A stretch of DNA of 64,000 nucleotides, taken from assembly GCF_000315625.1 (NCBI RefSeq), contig NW_005434639.1, forward strand, positions 124,001 to 188,000, read 5' to 3'. Source of the stretch: Guillardia theta CCMP2712. Lineage: Eukaryota; Protista; Cryptophyta. The notes beneath the pieces are model-generated. The model worked only from the letters and a program-made list of their open reading frames with translations, did no database searches and was not told the DNA's origin. How positions within the stretch are numbered: the stretch's first letter is position 1; every line of letters starts with the position of its first letter. Below are positions 15,001-24,000 of this stretch, one piece after another. A program made the translations under genes and the position numbers.

Positions 15001-18000
15001 GGAAGAAGAAGGCAGACACCTGCTCCAAGGATCCAATCCCCTGCACACCTGACACTGGAGCCGAGAAGACCTGCCCTTCACTGGCGTTGATGGAGACAGT
15101 GAAGGCTGAGTCGTTGGTCATGATGCCATCGACAGGTGTGATGATCCCTTGATCAACTCCGATCGTCAAGGTCAGGGCTGAGTACATCGCGATGTCCTCG
15201 GCTGCTCTCCACCTGACTTCCATGTCCCTCTCCGACCAGCTGCCGTTGACGAAGACCGAAGGCGGGCTGATGTCCAGCTGCGCCTGCGAGCTCCTCCTGA
15301 AGCCCGGGAGCTTCAAACTCAAAGTCTCGTCCTTGTAGATGGTCATCGACGGGGTGAAGTGGAAAATGATCGAGGAGGACACTCCGGCGCGAGGAGGATC
15401 GAACGACAGGCTGGAGACGACCGAGCCGATCGCCGGCCACCTTCCTATGTCAGTGACTGGGATGTCTCCAGCCACGGCGGAGGCTTGCAGTTTCAGCCCA
15501 ATCTTGTCCTTTGGGAGTCCGTCCTGGGGCAGGATGAGCCCCTGAAGGAGCGAGAGAGTGACCAAGGAGGACGCTGGGAGCTCCAGAGGGACGTTCAGCT
15601 CCAGCTTGGACTGTGCTGACATCCAGCTAGCAACGGTTTCCTGGGACTGCCCGCCGTACCAATCAGTGACGACGAGGACGGAGACGTTGACGGAGGCCGA
15701 AGAGAAGCCAGGGAGAGTGAGAAGAATGGTGTCAGAGGGGAAGAGAGACACGTTGGCGACGAACTGAATCTTCATCGGGGAAATCATCCCGGCGATGGGA
15801 CCCTTTTGGTCAAAGAATAGTTGCACGTCCACGGCCTTCCCGTTGCTGCCGATACCCGGGGAGTACATGATGGAAGTGGGAAGGATGGCCCCGACGCTCT
15901 GAACGCATGAGATCTTGAGGGAGGGCTCGTTGGCCGCCAGGCCCCCAGCTGGGATCTTGATCAGCTGAGCAGCTGAGAACTTGATGGATGTCAAGGCGTC
16001 GTGGTAGACAACCTGCCCCAGCACGATGGACAACCTGCTGATCTGAGAGTTCCATTGGATTGAAGTGACTGTCGGACCAGTCTCGTTGTGATGGGAGACA
16101 GCGCCTGAGACCGTGAAACCGGGAAGGTCGAGCTGGACGACAGCGTTGGGCTGAAGGTCAACGATAGAGATGAAGGAGATAGTCAGGGACACGCTGAGAG
16201 AGGTTGATGGAGGAGCGACATGGAGGCGAGAGAACTTAAAGTAGCCCACTGGATCGAAGTTTCCCTCGACGAAGGGGGTCGGGATCACAGGCCCTGAACG
16301 CGCGTTTGAAGAGATCCGAATCAGTTTGCTGTCTGCGTAGACTCCGTCGATCGGCAGTGTCAGGTCAGCGCTGGAAAGGATTTCTCGTATCTGCTCCCCC
16401 TTGCTGAAAGGATACTCAACAGTGAACACAAGAGAGCTTGTCTCTGCCTGCCAGCTCACGAAGGCGAACCTCTGACTCAGCGTCGAGATAGTCGTTGACG
16501 ATGGCTTCGCTGAAAATCCTGGAAGGTGGAGGGTCACGGTCTCCCCGTAGAGCATGCCCATCCCTGCGACGAAGGACATGGTGAGAGTCGTGAATCGCCC
16601 AGCGTACGCCGGAGAGAAGCGGAGGACGGGGTTGTTGAAGACTCCGACCGCGGGAGACCGCTCGAAGGCTGTGGGAAGGACGTTGCCATCAAGGGCTGAT
16701 ACTGAGATCTTGAGGGCCTGATAGTTCTCGATAAGGCCGTCCACCGGCAACTTGACGAAATTAGAGCCGAGAGCGAATTGAAGCGAAGTCCTCTTAGGGA
16801 TGAAACTGCCGACAGACAGGCTGAGGGTGTGGGTCGTCAGGTTCCAGCACGCCTCGCTGAAGGGGAAGACGGCAGTCGCGTTGAATGACTCGCAACGGTC
16901 GTCTCCTTGGAAGCCAGTCAAAGTGACGAGGAGCTTGTCAACGAAGGTTGAATCAGGGTACACGTTAAGCTCCATCAGGATGTCAAGAGAGACCAGCACT
17001 CTGCTGTAAACGTCTGCCTGCAACGGATCGAAAGTGATGTTGGGGTTGTCGATGCCGCCGACGGGGTAGAAGTCGACGACCCTGAAGGGGGACCTGGTGC
17101 TACCTGCCTGCGCCTTGCAGGCGATGCTGATGTTGTGCTGCCTCCCGACCCCAGTCTGCGGTAGGTTCATCCCGGCGGTCGAAGGGATCAGAATGCTCAT
17201 CTCGGTTCCTGCCTCTATGTCGCCCACGAGCTTCAACGTCAGCGTCTGGTTGGCAGCATCCCACAGTGCCGACCCGACGATCGGGTACATCACTGTCTGC
17301 CATCCGCAGCCTTTTGAGCAGTCCGAGCGCACAGACCACTCGGTGGTGAAGGTGCTGGTGTCGACAAGACTCTGAGGAAAGGAAAACCGAGTCAGCCCCA
17401 ACACAATCTCGTCGCCGTAGTGCAGACTTGCGTTGTAGGAGAAAGAGAGGAGGAGGGGAACAGGATAGTGCGTGCTCGGCTGATCTCCGAAGCGCAACGA
17501 GACATGGTTAAAGATCCCCTGCCACCCGATCACCGGCACGTAATGTATCTTCGTCTTCAAGACTGGCCCGAAGAAGGCGTCCGTCGACAGAAAAATGCTG
17601 GAGCTTGCGCTCAGTCCATCCTTCGGTATGCCGATCATCGCTGTAGAGGGCAGAAAGATGGTAATGGTGGAGTCAACAGGAAAGCTGTCGACGAGCTCGA
17701 AGGCAACGGAGCTGTTCTCTCGGAACCACGCGGAGCTGATCAACGTCCCGTTTTCGCCCACCGCTGAAGCACAGGAAATGTTGGGGCCACTAAAGGTGGG
17801 CAGGTACAGGACAATCACGTCCTTAGCAACCAACGGCATCTTGTTCCGCATGCGGATGGTCAGACCGATGGTGGCCAAGGGCGAGGAAGTGATAAAGGAG
17901 ATTGACATGTTCCAGAAGGCCCCTACCCGCTGCTTGTACGGGAAGCTAGTTAAGGGTACAGGCCCGTCGGCAGCATCCGTTCCGATCCGGAGGCACTCCC

Positions 18001-21000
18001 GTCCGTACAAACCATCTAGAGGGAGGACGAGACCGAACGAGCTTGGAACGACGAAGTCCATGAAGGTAGAGTAGAGCGTATACTTGGGGATTAAGGTCAG
18101 CTGGCTCTGAACGGCATCCCAAGACAGGTCAAACATGCTCGTCTCGTTCGTCGGCGGTGCTGGGCAGTTGACAACTCGTTGGAACCCGCAAAGTTGGACG
18201 AGCAGCTTGTCAGCTGGAGTGATAGACATGTACTTGATGAACTTGACAGTGACGTTGACGCGGAAGTTGCAAGCCTCTTGATAGTTGGTGCAGCACGAGG
18301 CCGTGTAGTCGTTGCAGCACGGCGAGCTCGCATACCGACTGACTGGCGCAGCATAGGGAGGAGAGAACGAGATGGAGCTGTTGAGCAAGGCTCCGATAGG
18401 CGTCACCTGCTGCAGCGAAAGAGGAGGGAAGGGGCCGGCAGAGGCGTTTGAGGACAGGGTGATGTTGACAGAGTTGGGTCTGACGCCCTGCTCAGGTAGA
18501 ATGAGCTGCTCCTCCACGCAGGAGGAGTAGATGAAAAGCTCCCGAGCCTCGATCTCGGAGATGACTTGGAGGACAAGGGAACTTTCAGCCTCCAACCAGT
18601 ACAGGCTCCTCACCTTGGACGTCGAGCAAGTTCGCTGAGGCTGGAAGCCAGTCGTGTTCTTGAAGTCCGGGAGTCTCAGAGTCATGATGTCTCCTGGCAC
18701 GAGAAGCATCTTCATCCTGACAGACAGTTGGATCCCACAAGGGTTGTTGGACGACGGCAGTTGCGAGCTGCCGAAGAGAAAGAAGGAGAGATTAGACTCG
18801 ACGATCCCTCCCGTCTTGTAGATCCCTGGGGACTTGTCGATAGGCAGGGGAACCACCTTTCCGTAGCTCGAGTTTGTGCCAAGGGTGACATTGCTGCTGT
18901 TCTCCGACAAACCCTCCAGAGATACCCGGAACAGCTCTGAACGGGAGATCTGGATGTGATAGTTGCACAACTGATCGACAGAAAAGACGATCGGGTTGGA
19001 CGAGAAGAGGATCTGAAGTTCGAACAGGAGGGGCCGCCATTGCCCGACCATCTGACAGGCTCCATCGCAGCAAGAGGAGGTCGCGGTGATGGTGACCGCA
19101 GTGCCCTGGTCTGCTTTGTCCAGCTGAAACCCAGGGAGGGTGAGAGAGAGAGAAGAGTCCTTGCTGAGGGCCATGGAAGAGAAGAAAGCGAGGTCGATGC
19201 TTGCGAGCTGTCCGATCTGCGGGGGGTCAAACCTGATGACGGAGTGGTGGAAAGATCCCACGTTGAGGACTTGCATGCTGCTGGGGTTCGCTGGCCCGGC
19301 CTTTGCGTTTGTCTCGATCAGAAACTTGTCATAGTGGTCATTGAAGCCACACTTTGGCAGGCGGATGCCCGAGCTGGAGGGGATGCTGAAAGAGATAACC
19401 ATGTCCTGCTGGACTACCTGAGCTGCCAAGACCTCGATCACGACCTGGGTTTCGGACCACTTGATCAGCGCTGTGGGGAAGTAAAGGGAGCCGTTCCCAG
19501 CTGTTGCAACCGTGACGTCTGGGTGGCTGGGGAACGCCTGGCTGCACTCGGAGATGACATTGCGATTGTACGTCCACGTCATCTTGACCGACTCGTTCGT
19601 GGCGATCTCCTGATTCAACCTGAACCCGACGGAGAGTGTGACAAGCGACCCTGCAACCGGCGGGTCAAACGAGATGGACTTGTAAGTGAAGACTCCGATG
19701 GGATTGCTGTATGCGATGGGGATCGGAGGAACCGGGCCGTAGATGGCATTACAGGAGATGCGCATGCGAGGATCGTTGGTGCTAATGCCGTAGGGGGGCA
19801 GGCGGATACCGAAAGAGGATGGGACAGTAAGAGACTGAGCTGAGAGCTCTGGGATGTCCTGGATGAAGACAAGCTGGAGGACAGCATCCTTGTTGAACCA
19901 GTTGGCGTAGAGGTTGGCGTTGTCGTTGATAGGGTCAAACTTGTAGATGTTGCCGTTGGCAGTGAAGCCTGTCAGGGTCAGGTTGATGATCTCCCCTGCC
20001 CTGATCGTCATCTGCGGCTCGAAGGAGAACTGGATGGTCGCTGGGGACTCGAGCGCAGTGTAGGTGACGTGGAGGAAGGGGAGCTTCTTCACAGGCTCGT
20101 AGAAGGAGCCGACGGCCTGCGAGGTAGGGATGATCGCGCCCTTGATGGGACCGTCGATGGCATTGGTAAGGATCTTAAGGTCCTGCTGGTTGGCACCCAA
20201 ACCTTTCAGGCGAAGTCTGATTTCAGCTGCCTCCGGGATGACTATCTGAATGGTCTCGTTAGGCCCAGGGATGACGACCGCTGCCGTCATGAGCAGCCTT
20301 GACTCGTTGACGTACCACCTGCCCACCTTGAACCAGCCCTCAGGAGTCGAGGAGACATTGAATGTGTCCCGTCCCCCCGTGAAGCCGGGGAGGATCAGTC
20401 CGACGTGCTCGTCAACAAGGATTCTCATCTCAGGCCTGAACTCGAGGATGAGAGAAGAAACCTCTCCTGCCGTTGGGTTGCCATAAGACAACTTGGGGCT
20501 GTTGAGGAAAGAGCCAACACCATCGGACTCCGGGAACGCAACCTGGACAGCGTAGGCCACAGGAGACTGAACTCCGATCTTGAGGGAGGGCTGGTTCCTG
20601 CTCACACCTTCCAACGGAAGCCTGATGCCTGCGTCGGAGTCGACGAAGATTGCGACGCTGGTGTTTGCGTCAAAGGCAGTGTTCAGTAGCACGAGCCTCA
20701 GCTGACCGAGCAGGGGGTTCCAGCTAGCGAGGCCAAACCCAGGGACCCACACGTTGTGCGTTATCTCCCCGAGGAAACCTGGCAGGCTGAGGACGAGGGC
20801 ATCGCCGCTCTTTAGAGGGAGGGAGTAGGAGAAGAGGATCTGAAGGCCAGTCTCAGGAGATGACGTGGACTCGTAGCGCAGATAGACAGGTTCGATCCTT
20901 CCCACTCCCAGCACGTTGTACACCCTTGTGGGCAGGACTGGACCATCCTGAGCGTTGGTAGCGACGGTGATGAAGTCAACGATGTAGACACCTCCTGGAG

Positions 21001-24000
21001 GAATTACCACATTCACCTCCTGCTCCACTACAGCAAGGCATCTGCTGGAGGGTGGTATGTCTGACAAGACCGTGAAGTTGAGAAACGGAGGGTCCCAAAG
21101 GACTGACGAGGGGACGAGCGATTTTGAGTTGTCCAGGGAGCAAGACAGGTTGAAGTAAGCGACCTTGGAGCTCTTGCCGAGAAACTTCGGAATATGGACG
21201 AAAATGGTCTCCTCGAATTGAATAGACATGGCGATTGAGAAATTGAAAATGATCCTGGAGGGCTGGCCGGGGACTCCGTCGACGAACGAGACCTGAGTCT
21301 CGTTGTTGAAGGAGCCAACGGGCGGGAGCTCGTCAAAGACGTGACGGTAGCAGTCGTCCAAGAGGATGAAGATGCCTCGATCGATGGACCTGAAGCCATA
21401 GCGGGACAGCACAAAACCGTAAGACGTCGAGATCGCGAACTCCGGCTGGAAGCTTCCAACACCGTAAGGAAAGACCTCGAGCACCTTGGACGGCTCAGTC
21501 CACCTGATTCTCGTCCAGTAGACTCCGGCTAAGAAGAACTCAGTCACGTTCTGAGTCGCCTGCTGCAAGGAGATCTCCGGGAGGTGGATGCGTAGAATGT
21601 GCTTCTGTGAGTCTGAGAAGGTGACTCTGAACCTCAGCTCCACGGGCTCGCCCGCCCGCGCGTTGTAATGCACAAGGGATGCGAACACTAGCGGGTAGGA
21701 CTGGGAGAAGGAGCAGAAAAATCGAACGTTTTGAAAGGGTTGATCTTGGAAACGGGGTGCAGAAGAGATTGACGGAGAATAGTTCTGGTTTACCTTGCTC
21801 AGAACAAGACCAGTGATCTTGAAATGTACAAGCGTCGACGCTAGAATGTCTTGGTCGATACGGAGCACGACTCTTCCCAAAGACACGTTGAAAGACTTCA
21901 CGCTGAGCAGAGGCGAGGAGTCCTGTAGTGCAGAGGACGTACCTACGAAGAGATTGGGCATGCTAACAGAGATTTCCTCCCCCGTCGACAAGTTTGACAA
22001 GCATGCAAACTGCACCTCCACCATCCCTGACAACGAGTATGCGTCCAATCTCGTGCTAGTGAATCCTTGCCCCCCTCCCACCTCCAGGAGCCTCCGCTTC
22101 CCAGCTGTCCCTGCCATCTGAATCTCATCTGAGTTGAACAGGATTCCCTTTGACCTCTCCTCCACCCACGTTGCCCCCTTCTCCCTCATCTGCGAGCTCT
22201 GCGCAGGTACTGCAGGGCTCCATATCACACTCTCCCTCTCGATCGCAACCAATCCTTCAGAGCTTCTCATCATCGCCTCCAGCCGCTTGTCCGCCTCCTC
22301 CAGACCTCCTCCTGGCAGCTTCAGGATCCCATCGAGACTTTCTGAAACGCTCCTCCCGCATCCTGCGGCTCGCTCGCACACCAGCTCCAGCACTCCCCTC
22401 ACCTCATCCCACGTCCCATTCATCCCCTCCGTCATGATTCCCTGCACAGCAGCGGTTCCCATCTCCGACAAGGTCAACGAGGAGGAGGAAGTGAAGTTGG
22501 GCAGGAACACTGAGACCTTGTCACCAATTGAGATGTTGATGCTGCTCTCCAGCTGCAAGTCCAGCTTGCAGGCCGCCAGAGGGGTCCTGGGATGAAAGTC
22601 GAGGGTGAAGTTGCGGAATTTCCCGACAGCCTGGACGAACTTGAAAGGCTGCCAGTCCACCATCGAGGTGGCCAGTTGAGCTGAGATCTGAATTCCATCC
22701 CAGTTCTTCTCGACTCCTTCGGTCGGCAAAGTCAGCCCGGTCCCAGCTGGGACTTCGACCTTGACAAGCTCTCCTCTCTGAAGCGATTGCTCCAACTTCA
22801 GTAGCAGCGTCCTGCTGCTCTGAAGCCACGTCATCGCAAGGGAAGTGTTGGAGACAGCAGCGAAGGCCTGTTGGGGCTGCGAGAAGGAGGGCATCCTGAT
22901 AGATATCGTCTCATTCGCAGCCATGGGCATCTGCGGCACAAATGTGATGATGACGTCAGCAGACGAGTCAACCAAGTTGTAATTATTGAAGAACATTCTC
23001 GTGCTCTCGAAGGATCCGTCCGTCGCGGTCGAGACCAGAGCAGTCGGGATCAGGTACCCAGCGACTGCTATCATCTCGATGGTGGGCGAAGTGAGAGCTG
23101 AGAGACCGTCAGGTGGGAAGAGAATGCCCAGCTGAGACTGAAACTGAACGACCTGCTTCACTCCCGGATCGATCTTTTTCCCGACAGACACTGTAAGTGA
23201 CAACGAGTTCTGACCCGCAGTGACTTGGTAGATGTCCAGGTCAAAGATACCTACTGGAGTGAAGAAGCCCGGGAGGTTGAGGACTATGCGATCCTTGGGC
23301 GCCAGCGACATGCTGGCCGTGAAAGAGATCTCAAAGGCGGCTGGGCTGCCAGCTACCACCGTTGACGTGAACACGATCTGCGGCTGAGTCTGCAGCGATC
23401 CGATAGCGCGAGAGTTGATTGGAAGTTGGATGGGGTAGCCGTGAGTTGGATCGAGGGAGAGAGAGAAAGAATTAGCTGCAAGGCCGGGGAAGGGAACGTA
23501 CAGCTGTTGCGAAGAGGAGATGTACAGATAGCGGAAAGAGCTCGCCGTGCTGATGGTGACAGTCAGAAGGACTTCGCTGGTAAGAGGATTCCAGCTCGAC
23601 CCCAGGACATCGATGTTCTGACCGACGACAGTGAAGGCGGAGATACTCGAGGCCCTCCGCAGACCAGACAACTTGAGTCGCCATTGCTCGACCAAGTTTC
23701 TGGGTCGGGAAGTCGCAACGTCATGGAGCGAAATATTGATGGACAGATCGCGTTCGATGGCAGGAGGATCGAAGGAGGCAACGATGGAGTCAAAGAGAGG
23801 AACGGCGGGAGAAATCTTGATCGACTGGGGGGCCACCGGACCCGCCTCAAACGATCCGAAAAGCCTCAAAGTTGCCTGGTTTGCCATCAGGCCATTGACA
23901 GGCACGTGAAGCCCGAAAGATTCTGGAATGACGATGGTAATGTTGGAAGCCTCAATGATATCCTCGTTGAAAGAGATGGAGAATTCATGGCTGCCTTGAA

